Source of the DNA: a virus | Lineage: Duplodnaviria; Caudoviricetes | Reading direction: 5' to 3' (one strand) | DNA length: 58,209 nt | IMG/VR virus record: IMGVR_UViG_3300034012_000235 | Location: 1-58,209 of that record | Part shown: piece by piece, positions 18,375 to 26,805 of the stretch | Layout of the letters: each line of letters begins with the position of its first letter | Position numbering within the stretch: position 1 is the first letter of the stretch | Program-made: the position numbers and the translations under genes | Notes under the pieces: generated by a model | Told to the model about the DNA's origin: nothing | Databases searched by the model: none | Seen by the model: only the letters and a program-made list of their open reading frames with translations

Positions 18375-21300
18375 TTAGATTATCGCCTTGTTAAGCACAC
18401 TCAATCCAGACTTTTTAACTTCACCACCCTTTTTGTAACCTCTGATTTGCTTTAGGCGGTTGTAATACTCGCCCAATTGGTTGATGTATTGATCGTCAAC
18501 AACCTGATGAGGGAACAACTTCTGGATGGTTGGAGTGAAATCCTGTGGGCGCTTGGTTGCCTTTATATGTGCCGAGGCATCAGGGAAGGCCAACTCAATA
18601 GGAGTCAGTTCCTTAGTGTGCCCCAGCGCTTGTCCAGCAATGTCGTGAGAGTAAGTCTTGTGAGAAGAGCCAGGAATTAGACTGGCTCCAGGCTTCATGC
18701 GGCCAACAGAGAGTCCAGTCATGCTGTGCTCCATGTTGCGCAGGGAAGGCTCCATGATTGCGTACTCGATCTCCTTACCACTGGGGATACCCAGCGGCGC
18801 AGTAATCGACTCCTTCTTCATGCGATCATTAAACCACTTGCGAAGCTCAGGGTTTTCTTGCGTTGCCTTGTAAGCCTGCTGATAGTCTTCGATCCCAGGG
18901 AAGTCAGGGAACGTGATCCGTACCTTCTCTTTGGTCTTGGGGTTGATCTTCTCGTACCCCTCGCGGATCATCTTATTGAACATCTCCGCGGCTTTGGGGT
19001 GGACGTTAGACGCCTGAATCGCCAGCAGGTTTGCATCTGCAAAGTGCTGGGCAAAGTTCATGGCGTCATGGCCCATCGCCAAGTGCTGCGCCAGAATCTC
19101 CGGCGTCTCATACATATTGGCAAGGTCGGTCACCTTGTTCTGGAAAATCTGTGCAGGCCCCTCGTTAGAAGCCCAGAACCTCGGGTCATCTAAGTCTTGC
19201 TTGCCAAGACCATACTTGGCCCCGCCCTCCTGCACAGATCCAATAGGCAGACCTTCAACCTCCATCAGCATCTGATCGGCCACCGAGATGTCCCCAGGCA
19301 GGGCAATCCGCACTTGCCCGACTTCTTCAGGGACCACAGCCGACTGCATGACTTCCTTGGTGGGCTGAATATCCACCTGCATCTTCTGGAGCTTGTCAGC
19401 CTCCTTTACCGACCGACCAGCAAGGTTTGCTGCGATCTTGTCGGACTGGCGCACATGCTGCCCCATCTGCTGACGGGCAACACGCTCTGCAGTCTTGGTG
19501 ATCTCTTGCGGAGGTAGGTTAGGAGCCCGCGGCAGCTTTAGTGGCAAGGCTTGGTAGTTGCCAATCGTCTTAGCACCCTTCAGGAGCTTGGCAAGACCAC
19601 CGCCTGCCATGTGAGCTTCTTGCCTAGCGTCTGCCATACGCAAGGCTTGCATGAATGCCTTCTCATCATCCATGCCTGTTGACTTGAGCTTTGCAGCAAT
19701 AGCGTCTGTGTCTGTGACTAGACCGCCTTTAGCGTAAGCCTGCCCAGTCTCTGGGTTCTTGCCGGTTTCAATGGTGTACAGCTTGTCAGCGAAAGACTTT
19801 GCTTCTTCGGGCGTCAAATGCTCAGGGACATCATGGCCCGCTGCCTTCAGCTTGTTCAGATCGATGGCATCAAACATCTCAGCCCGCTCACGCAGCTTGG
19901 TGTTTTTGTAGTCTCCGATGCTTCCCCATTTGCCGCTCTTCACGAAGTCTTGCACCATCGGCAAGTATTCTTCCTTTGGTGCGCGGTTTCCTTTGCCTTT
20001 GATTTGAATGATTTCGTCAGGGGGCATCCCATATCGCTTGAGATACTCCTGTTCCACTAATTCAAACATTCTGTCGGAGTCCTCCACGCGAGTTGGCTCT
20101 CGACCAGCAAAGTGACGCCTCTTAATCTCGTTCCTTAATTCGTCTCTCTCTTTTTTGGGCAATCTTGATACAGCGCCCTCAAGAATCCCAGGCTCAACCT
20201 CAATCGTCACATGAGGCTCACCCTTCTTGTCTCGCAAGGAATAGATTCGGGACTTGCCTGACTCCACATCAGGGCAGTAGCCACCTACGCAGTGGCCCAT
20301 CACATCGCCTTCGTACTTCAGAGCTTCTTCTAGCGTTTCCCGCGGCCAAGTCGCTGGATTGCGCCCTTCGGCCTCCAGTTTCTTGATCAGAGCCTTACGC
20401 TCCTCAAGGGGCATCGTCTTATCACTTGGAGCCTTCAACTGCACCCACTGCATACCTTTCTCGGGGTACTCTTTGTAGGTGAAGGTGGCAGGGTTACGAG
20501 CCTTTGCTGCATCAGCTTCTGCCTTCTGTGCAGCACGCCACTCGTTGATCTTGGCAACACGCTCTACAGCCTGCGCCATCGTTACCTTCTTCAGGTCTTC
20601 AGGCTTCCAGCGAAGATTGGCAGGTAGATCAGAGTCAGCACGGGTTGCGTTGCGCAGTTCGTCAATCAGGTGATCGAAGCCAAGACCTTCCACTGAAGCA
20701 CGCCTTGGCTCATAAACTTTTGAACCGGGATCTACTTTGGCAAGCCAAGGATCTCGCTCTACTACCTCTTTAGGCCAAGTTTGGGAAATCTCTCCTGCTG
20801 TCCACGGCTTGATTGCAACATCAGTTGAATCTTCCCAAGCCCTTGCGGCTTCGCTTACGCCATATCTAGGGTAGCCCTGCACATTTCTCTCAGCAGGCGC
20901 TCTGTATCTGTTAACCCCAACCTGCCCAGGATCAACGTGCAGAACACCGCGTTCAGCCAAAGCCCTCACCGGGTCTTCCGGTGTACCCATCTCGTTCTTG
21001 ATGTACTTGTTGAGCTTAGTATTGATCCAATCCTCAACGGCAACATCCGGCTTGAGCGCAGCAAACGATCTATTGACTGTCTCAGCGGTTTCGGGCGAAA
21101 GACGTTGCAGCACATCTGGAGGATATGTTGCCTCCATCTCTTGCATCGTCTCGCTTGCAGGTCGCCCACGCGCCCCAGGCTTTGGAACAAGCGGCTTAGT
21201 AGCCCCCTCAACACTCCCACTCAACCAGTTACCACCCTTGGGCTTGATCACAGACGGAGCCAACCCACTCTTCAGTAGGTAGCCCTCTGCCATCTCAGCA

Positions 21301-21746
21301 GCCTTCGGCCCCAGAGCCTTTCCTGCGGCCTTAGCGCCTTTCAAGGCACCTCTGGCTAGGGTAGTGCTACCCATGCCCCCAGTAAGCGCTCCTAGGCCCG
21401 ATGCGAACTTGGCAGCAGGCCTCTCATCGCCCCCAGGCAACCACTCTTGATAGAACTCAGACGTAGGCAGGGCTGGCTCTTCAGGAACTTTCACACCGCC
21501 TGGGCCAAAGGCGAAGTTAATCCCCATCCTGCCTAGAGCCTCGATGTCCCCAGGCAACCCAAGAGTTCCAGCTACCCAGCCTCTTGCAAGCTGGGCAGGC
21601 ATGTTCACATCACGGGAGGCGTTCAGCTTCTCAGCACGCTTACCAGATGAAGGCATAACGCCGAATGCGGCACCACCCTTACCAGTAACACCTCGTCTGC
21701 GGGCAGCCTCAATAAGCGCCTGCCTGTCCTGCTCGGGTAATTCCAT
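18375..21746 (-). CDS. Large multidomain (polyvalent-type) protein with a PcfJ-like domain
   Basis: EGDVMGHCVGGY...IYSLRD...PHVTIEV...QIKGKGN matches the PcfJ-like pattern; a second ~380-aa domain follows; AGGAG SD. Confidence 0.7.
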   Translation of the reverse strand: MELPEQDRQALIEAARRRGVTGKGGAAFGVMPSSGKRAEKLNASRDVNMPAQLARGWVAGTLGLPGDIEALGRMGINFAFGPGGVKVPEEPALPTSEFYQEWLPGGDERPAAKFASGLGALTGGMGSTTLARGALKGAKAAGKALGPKAAEMAEGYLLKSGLAPSVIKPKGGNWLSGSVEGATKPLVPKPGARGRPASETMQEMEATYPPDVLQRLSPETAETVNRSFAALKPDVAVEDWINTKLNKYIKNEMGTPEDPVRALAERGVLHVDPGQVGVNRYRAPAERNVQGYPRYGVSEAARAWEDSTDVAIKPWTAGEISQTWPKEVVERDPWLAKVDPGSKVYEPRRASVEGLGFDHLIDELRNATRADSDLPANLRWKPEDLKKVTMAQAVERVAKINEWRAAQKAEADAAKARNPATFTYKEYPEKGMQWVQLKAPSDKTMPLEERKALIKKLEAEGRNPATWPRETLEEALKYEGDVMGHCVGGYCPDVESGKSRIYSLRDKKGEPHVTIEVEPGILEGAVSRLPKKERDELRNEIKRRHFAGREPTRVEDSDRMFELVEQEYLKRYGMPPDEIIQIKGKGNRAPKEEYLPMVQDFVKSGKWGSIGDYKNTKLRERAEMFDAIDLNKLKAAGHDVPEHLTPEEAKSFADKLYTIETGKNPETGQAYAKGGLVTDTDAIAAKLKSTGMDDEKAFMQALRMADARQEAHMAGGGLAKLLKGAKTIGNYQALPLKLPRAPNLPPQEITKTAERVARQQMGQHVRQSDKIAANLAGRSVKEADKLQKMQVDIQPTKEVMQSAVVPEEVGQVRIALPGDISVADQMLMEVEGLPIGSVQEGGAKYGLGKQDLDDPRFWASNEGPAQIFQNKVTDLANMYETPEILAQHLAMGHDAMNFAQHFADANLLAIQASNVHPKAAEMFNKMIREGYEKINPKTKEKVRITFPDFPGIEDYQQAYKATQENPELRKWFNDRMKKESITAPLGIPSGKEIEYAIMEPSLRNMEHSMTGLSVGRMKPGASLIPGSSHKTYSHDIAGQALGHTKELTPIELAFPDASAHIKATKRPQDFTPTIQKLFPHQVVDDQYINQLGEYYNRLKQIRGYKKGGEVKKSGLSVLNKAII

Positions 21747-21772
21747 GCCTGCTCCTAACGTGCGGCTGAATC

Positions 21773-22009
21773 TTAACCCCTGCCTATCTCTTTAAGCAAA
21801 CGAGGACCAGCCGTGTAATGGAAGCGCCAAGACTTGGTTGCAGGATCTCTCTTGCGGGTTCTGACAACCCATCCCTTCTCCTGCGCATACTGCAACGTCC
21901 TCCTGACGCTGCCAGGATCCATACCCCACTTCAACCCTATGTCATGGTTCGTTAGCTCTTCTTCAGGGTTGACCGCAAAGAACACACACAGCGGAGTAAC
22001 TATGCTCAA
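21773..22009 (-). CDS. Winged-helix DNA-binding protein
   Basis: LTNHDIGLKWGMDPGSVRRTLQYAQEKGWVVR HTH plus wing. Confidence 0.65.
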   Translation of the reverse strand: MSIVTPLCVFFAVNPEEELTNHDIGLKWGMDPGSVRRTLQYAQEKGWVVRTRKRDPATKSWRFHYTAGPRLLKEIGRG

Positions 22010-22042
22010 GGTAAGGTCCGGGAACTTGATGGGGCGGCAAGT

Positions 22043-22351
22043 CTATGCCAGAAGGATTGACTGCAAGTGCTGGCGCTCAGCTTCACCCAAGTCTTTGATG
22101 GTCGGATCTTGGCCGTTTAAGAACCGCACAGCAACCTTGGCGTACTTCTTCGCCTTCTTGCCCTTCTTGTGCGTCATGGCCTCTTGAAGCTGCCTGCCCT
22201 GACTTTCAGTGATCAGCCGACCCTTGTTCTCAACATACCAACCAGACTTTAGCGGATACGCTATCCCAAGAATCTTGGCCTCAACCCTCGTCAACGAAAC
22301 AATGCCGTTGAGCCGCTGATACTTTGCTTGTAGGTACTCGCCGACTGTCAT
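22043..22351 (-). CDS. Basic hypothetical protein downstream of the structured RNA
   Basis: 102 aa; LTRVEAKILGIAYPLKSGW motif; Lys-rich patch. Confidence 0.7.
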   Translation of the reverse strand: MTVGEYLQAKYQRLNGIVSLTRVEAKILGIAYPLKSGWYVENKGRLITESQGRQLQEAMTHKKGKKAKKYAKVAVRFLNGQDPTIKDLGEAERQHLQSILLA

Positions 22352-22737
22352 CTCTATCTCAATAACTACTTAGTAGTTCTCCACCGAATACCACTTAGCT
22401 ACTTCTCTTCAACACCCAAGCGGTTCCGAACGGCCCTCCCCTTTCCTCGCCTAGACGAGGTTCGGTTCAGGCTTACCCAGTGCGGACACGGTAGACCCTT
22501 GACAGCCGTTCGGGTCATGGACGCTATCTACCCCATCCATCTGCGCGGTGTTGCAGACCCTAATCCCACCAGTACCGCTTCTCACTCAGGACGCTGACGA
22601 TGCCGGTAGGCCTGTCCATCACTGAGCCAGTCAGAGCAGAAACGACAAAGCCCTAGAGTGGCCACCCGGTGGAACCCCTCTCGGGGCAGAGAGGGCGGAT
22701 GGTCGCTCTAGGGCTCTTAGTCGGGTTCCACACCAAC
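22352..22737 (-). ncRNA. Candidate large structured non-coding RNA or leader (~385 nt)
   Basis: No ORF of 60 aa or more; about ten complementary segments including long-range and pseudoknot pairings; several pairs are G-U only on the minus strand; preceded by a sigma70 promoter. Confidence 0.65.
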
Positions 22738-22743
22738 AGGGAC

Positions 22744-22773
22744 AGTATAGGCACTGAGCCCTGCAGGTGTCAA
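22744..22773 (-). promoter_or_regulatory. Sigma70-type promoter TTGACA-N18-TATACT
   Basis: TGTCAA 22768-73 and AGTATA 22744-49 on the plus strand. Confidence 0.75.
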
Positions 22774-22777
22774 GCGG

Positions 22778-22969
22778 TCAAATCATGTAGGGGCAATACT
22801 CAGTGAACAGTTGCTGCACGCAGTTGCGCTGTGAGTCGCAGTACACGCCCAGCCAGCGCACCCCGTTCATGGTGTTGACCATGTTGCAGGACCTCAACGA
22901 CATGAACGCCAGCGCAGGGCCAGACGCCAACAGCGCCACCAGGATCACAGGCACATAGAACTTCTTCAT
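22778..22969 (-). CDS. Small exported Cys-rich protein
   Basis: Signal peptide MKKFYVPVILVALLASGPALA, 42-aa mature part with 4 Cys; AGGAG SD. Confidence 0.7.
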   Translation of the reverse strand: MKKFYVPVILVALLASGPALAFMSLRSCNMVNTMNGVRWLGVYCDSQRNCVQQLFTEYCPYMI

Positions 22970-22979
22970 CTCATTCTCC

Positions 22980-23156
22980 TTAACACGGTTGGTGATGTAC
23001 CCATACTTCGTTGCCAGTTTCTGGGCACTTAAAGTCTAACCTAGGAAAGCACCAACACAAAGGGGACATCACATGCCCCTCTCCCAAGAAGTGCGTCCTG
23101 ACAACAGGCTCACTCGGAATATGGGTTGGTTCTTCTTTGTCTGCCAGTGTCTGCAT
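22980..23156 (-). CDS. Small His/Cys protein (start uncertain)
   Basis: H-x5-CWCFP...WVHH motif; overlaps the terL end. Confidence 0.5.
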   Translation of the reverse strand: MQTLADKEEPTHIPSEPVVRTHFLGEGHVMSPLCWCFPRLDFKCPETGNEVWVHHQPC

Positions 23157-24528
23157 AGTCTTCTTCATCCCAGTCATCTCTCGGTGGCGGATCAACCTCA
23201 AGCCAGCCAGCGTCACGCAAGAACCGCAGGGCCTGCGTGGCAGAGTCAACGAAGTCATCGTGCGTTGTCTCAGGGAAGCTGCAGATCTGACTGACGAACC
23301 CTTCAGCCCAATCCCTGACGTAGCCCTTCCTCTGGGATGACTCAGGTATCCACACCCGGCCGCGGCTGATGATGTTGCTGACGATGTTCAGGCGCTGCAG
23401 CTTGTCAGCCTTGCCGGGGTTATACGCCCTCACAGGCAGATGCGCTCTCTGCAGGTCTTGGATCAGAGAAATGCCTGCGGACTTGTCCTCGATGAGTATG
23501 AGATCCACGCGCTTCTTCTCTTTGCCCTCACCGAAGATCGTCTCGTACTCGTCGATAACCTTCGGTCGCAGGTCGGGATACTGCATCCTCTCCTGCCAGC
23601 AATCAATAAGCATCGCAGACATAGGCCCGTCAAGTGGCTTAAAGACTCCCCAGGTCGTACAGGCAGTTGGGTCATTCTGTGTCTTCTCGCTGGTGGCGCA
23701 GTCGTAGGACTGTACGATGTACTCGAACTTCGGGAAGGCCTTGCCATCAGGCCACAGCTTGAACATGCTGCGCTGCACAATGCCACCCTCTTCAGGGTCA
23801 ATGATCTCAGCATGGATCTCCTGCCTGCCCAGCTTCGTCCCCTCGTACTGCAGGATCTGCTTCTGGAAGGACGGCGCTAGGTTCGCCAGATTGGCGTAGG
23901 TGCTGGCAGTCGTCAGGGCTACATCATCACCCTCACGCCCCACCAGTTCAACGATCAGGTCCTTCGGCCGCGGGGTGGTGGTGGCGACGATGCGGGTTCT
24001 GGTTCCCAGGCGGACGGAGAACTGGATCTGGTCCCAGGCTTCCTGCAGGTACTCCCAGGCAGCAAGCTCATCCAGCCATGCCCCATGGAACTGCGGACCC
24101 CGGAAGCGCTCAGGCTCAGACGCCGGAATCCCCTTAATAAGTGAGCCGTTGGTCAGCTTGAGTTCGTGGTGCTGCTTGTTGTAGTCAGCAATCAGCGGGG
24201 CAGGAATGACGTTCAGAAGGCCGCTATCGCCCTCGAAGCACGTAGCCTTGACGTCAGCACTGGTCGGCGCTCCAACGAGCCAGCGTGTCCCTGGCTCAGT
24301 CCAGGCCCACCAACCTACCTGCTCAGCGGCCGTCCGCGTCTTGCCTGCACCGCGTCCAGCTAGAAGCAGCCAGATCGTCCACCAGTCGCCCGGAGGTGGC
24401 ATCTGGTGCTTGTGTGCCTTCTCGATCCAGTTAGCCCTCCAGAGGTACGCTAGACGCTTCTCAGGGGGTAGTGTCTTGAGAGCCTGCAGGACGTCAGGCT
24501 GCTGGAAGGCCGTGGCTAGATCACTCAC
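23110..24528 (-). CDS. terL: Terminase large subunit
   Basis: Walker A AGRGAGKT, Walker B AWLDE, TTTPR motif III, RNase H-like domain QSYD...IEDK...HDDFVDS. Confidence 0.95.
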   Translation of the reverse strand: MSDLATAFQQPDVLQALKTLPPEKRLAYLWRANWIEKAHKHQMPPPGDWWTIWLLLAGRGAGKTRTAAEQVGWWAWTEPGTRWLVGAPTSADVKATCFEGDSGLLNVIPAPLIADYNKQHHELKLTNGSLIKGIPASEPERFRGPQFHGAWLDELAAWEYLQEAWDQIQFSVRLGTRTRIVATTTPRPKDLIVELVGREGDDVALTTASTYANLANLAPSFQKQILQYEGTKLGRQEIHAEIIDPEEGGIVQRSMFKLWPDGKAFPKFEYIVQSYDCATSEKTQNDPTACTTWGVFKPLDGPMSAMLIDCWQERMQYPDLRPKVIDEYETIFGEGKEKKRVDLILIEDKSAGISLIQDLQRAHLPVRAYNPGKADKLQRLNIVSNIISRGRVWIPESSQRKGYVRDWAEGFVSQICSFPETTHDDFVDSATQALRFLRDAGWLEVDPPPRDDWDEEDYADTGRQRRTNPYSE

Positions 24529-25084
24529 CGGCAGTCTTGCGCAGTTCAGCGTTGGTCACCAGAGCCTCCAGCAGCTTATCCGCCTTAATCTCAGCTTCGA
24601 CTTTGATCGGGGACTCAGCGTCACCCGCAACAGCGATCCTGTCGCCGTAGCGTTTAGGGTTCCATTTAGCTAGCAGCTTCAGCGTGATCTCAGCCCGAGC
24701 CTTCACCAACTGCACATAGCCCGGATCAATCCGGCCGCCACCCTCAGTCAGCATGCGCTCAGGCTCGTCATACATCTCAGCGTAGGCCTTCTCAGCCATT
24801 GCGTCCTGTCCAGCTTCCCGCGCCTGGGCGATGCGTTCCGAAAGCGTGGCGTCCCGCGACATCCACTGATACACAGCAGTCCAAGCTGGCATGTGATCGT
24901 CTCTGCAGATCTGACGCAGTGGCTCACCGTTACTAAGTCTTTGGCAGATCTCTGCTGCAAGCTCAGGCGTGTACTTGGAGGGCCTGCCGATCTTCTTGGG
25001 AGTCTTTGGAAGTGCTGAAGCCACCTCAGCCTTGATTTCTGGCTTTGGTGGCTCCTGGGCTGTTTGAGTGGCTTTGCGGGGCAT
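24521..25084 (-). CDS. terS: Terminase small subunit (Sf6 gp1-like)
   Basis: GRPSKYTPELAAEICQRLSNGEPLRQIC HTH, KWNPKRYGD; overlaps terL start. Confidence 0.9.
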   Translation of the reverse strand: MPRKATQTAQEPPKPEIKAEVASALPKTPKKIGRPSKYTPELAAEICQRLSNGEPLRQICRDDHMPAWTAVYQWMSRDATLSERIAQAREAGQDAMAEKAYAEMYDEPERMLTEGGGRIDPGYVQLVKARAEITLKLLAKWNPKRYGDRIAVAGDAESPIKVEAEIKADKLLEALVTNAELRKTAGE

Positions 25085-25122
25085 GTTGGGCTCCAGCGTT
25101 TAATCTGGAGTTGATTCTATTC

Positions 25123-25374
25123 TCAGTTTGCCAGCCAATAGTCAACCCATTCAGGGCGAAGGCGTTTCTGGACTTCGCGCTCAAGGTCGTCCCACTGCTC
25201 TTCAGTGATGTCGTCTTCTGTGATCTTGCCGTTGACCATAACGACGAACGCGCCGTCTTCGTCGTACTCTACTGTGCGCTTGATGGCGTTCAGGGTGATG
25301 TCGAACTTGAGTTCGGTCACTTCGGGGGTTTCGGGCCTGTCGGCGTCGAAGGAGGAGATGTATCCGTACAGCAT
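25123..25374 (-). CDS. Acidic hypothetical early protein
   Basis: 83 aa with AAGGAG SD. Confidence 0.7.
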   Translation of the reverse strand: MLYGYISSFDADRPETPEVTELKFDITLNAIKRTVEYDEDGAFVVMVNGKITEDDITEEQWDDLEREVQKRLRPEWVDYWLAN

Positions 25375-25385
25375 GGTCTTGCTCC

Positions 25386-25559
25386 TTAGATGTCTTGGTA
25401 CTGGGCGCGGATGGCTTCGGCTTGTTCCTTAGTCTGACCAAAGTATTGATGGCCGGACTTGCCTTCTGCGCACCAGTCATTGATGCCGTACTCAATCTGG
25501 CGCTCAATGTTGAGATCAGAGAAGGACGGGTTGCAGACTTCGTATGCTTGACGGTTCAT
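25386..25559 (-). CDS. Hypothetical early protein (57 aa; not in ORF track)
   Basis: Manual translation MNRQAYEVCNPSFSDLNIERQIEYGINDW...; AGGAG SD after the promoter. Confidence 0.65.
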   Translation of the reverse strand: MNRQAYEVCNPSFSDLNIERQIEYGINDWCAEGKSGHQYFGQTKEQAEAIRAQYQDI

Positions 25560-25582
25560 GATTCGCTCCTGTTTCGCTGTTA

Positions 25583-25634
25583 ACTGCTTCAGTGCAGTGA
25601 CGCTAGTGTAAGCGATGCTTCAAGAGAGTGTCTA
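25583..25634 (-). promoter_or_regulatory. Early promoter plus hairpin, copy 1 (TAGACA-N18-TACACT)
   Basis: 21 of 22 nt identical to 27165-27186; ACTGC/GCAGT hairpin just downstream. Confidence 0.7.
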
Positions 25635-25643
25635 TAGGATGCC

Positions 25644-25877
25644 CTACTTTTTTGTGGGGTCAATCACCAGAGTCGCCTGTCCTGCGACAGCCCATCGGTT
25701 TGTCGTAGGCTTAAAGACACACTCCGCCCAGTGATCTTTGTAGCGCTTGAAGTAGCGCTTCCTTCCCTCTGGGCAGGGTTGCTTGTTGATGTCTTCTGTC
25801 ACCACCAGAATGGACTTGCGGTCCTCAATGATCGTGCAGGGAGTCTTGTCTCCCCAGGTCAGGATGACGCCTTTCAT
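25644..25877 (-). CDS. Hypothetical protein
   Basis: MKGVILTWGDK...; start overlaps the upstream stop. Confidence 0.6.
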   Translation of the reverse strand: MKGVILTWGDKTPCTIIEDRKSILVVTEDINKQPCPEGRKRYFKRYKDHWAECVFKPTTNRWAVAGQATLVIDPTKK

Positions 25878-26155
25878 TTGAGTCTCTCTGCGTAATGCCA
25901 GATGCTGGTGACTTGTTCGATTGCGTTCTGGGGTTTCCACCGCGGGTTCTTGGGCTCTCGATTAACAGTCTTGGGTTGTGTTTCGCTGGCAACGTAGATC
26001 GCCGAATTGTGGTCGTTGCCTACGTTTTTTAAGAAGCCTCTACGCGAAAGCTGGTAGACGTACCACCGGCTCACACCAAAAGCATCTACAAGTTCTGCTG
26101 CAGTGCGGGCTTTTTCTTTACAGGCCGCAATGACCTTCTGCTGCATGTCAGTCAT
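25874..26155 (-). CDS. Winged-helix protein
   Basis: RTAAELVDAFGVSRWYVYQLSRRGFL; start MTDMQQ at 26155. Confidence 0.6.
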   Translation of the reverse strand: MTDMQQKVIAACKEKARTAAELVDAFGVSRWYVYQLSRRGFLKNVGNDHNSAIYVASETQPKTVNREPKNPRWKPQNAIEQVTSIWHYAERLK

Positions 26156-26357
26156 ATTTGCCGTTTCCCCAGATACCTGGGCGGAAGTTATGGCAGAAGA
26201 CGATTGGATCCCCGTGGCCCTCAACGATTTTTGAGGAGCCCGTAGGAATCCACGAAGGCGCGTCGATGATGTCTTCGCACGCGAAGTCAGCGCCGAAGCC
26301 CCATTTCCGGTCCAGGCCTTCAACCCATTCGTTGCCTGTGCGATGTGTCGTGTTCAT
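26148..26357 (-). CDS. Hypothetical protein
   Basis: 69 aa in a coupled gene chain. Confidence 0.5.
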   Translation of the reverse strand: MNTTHRTGNEWVEGLDRKWGFGADFACEDIIDAPSWIPTGSSKIVEGHGDPIVFCHNFRPGIWGNGKYD

Positions 26358-26503
26358 CAGAATAGTCCTTCAGGTAGTTCGCTGTGGGGGATGGGGTCTG
26401 GCCTTGTGGGAGGGATGTCATCCGTCTTTGAGGGACTGACTGTTCCGAAAGGCCAGACAGGAGGGGCGTTAGGTGCCCTGGTCCCGTCTGGTTTGGTGTA
26501 CAT
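26357..26503 (-). CDS. Pro-rich small protein (48 aa; not in ORF track)
   Basis: MYTKPDGTRAPNAPPVWPFG...EGLF; 1-nt overlaps with both neighbours. Confidence 0.55.
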   Translation of the reverse strand: MYTKPDGTRAPNAPPVWPFGTVSPSKTDDIPPTRPDPIPHSELPEGLF

Positions 26504-26796
26504 CAGACTGACAGCGCTGTGGCGTAAGCCTCTACAGCCTCAAGCACCTCAAGGCCACCAACGCAGAAGTGACTGCCCTGCCGAGGATCGTCTTCGCCAT
26601 CGTCAAACTGGGAGTGCGTTACCCAGTAGCCGTCTTGATCACGCTCCAAATTAATGCCGTGCTTTGCAGCAAGACGCCGAGCCTTGGCAAGCGCCTCTTT
26701 TTCTGAACGACGGCGCTCGACTCTTGCGACAACCAATGAGGGCTTGCGCCCGAAGATCGCATCGAGTTGGACTTGAAGCTGTTGCATGTTGTTCAT
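26503..26796 (-). CDS. Hypothetical early protein
   Basis: 97 aa with GAGGGG SD. Confidence 0.65.
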   Translation of the reverse strand: MNNMQQLQVQLDAIFGRKPSLVVARVERRRSEKEALAKARRLAAKHGINLERDQDGYWVTHSQFDDGEDDPRQGSHFCVGGLEVLEAVEAYATALSV

Positions 26797-26805
26797 GATT
26801 TCCCC

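Noticed and set aside
22594-22646. Hammerhead-like core CTGACGA...GAAAC on the plus strand
   Set aside because: No stem I partner and no correctly placed UH cleavage site; the promoter and most G-U pairs point to the minus strand.
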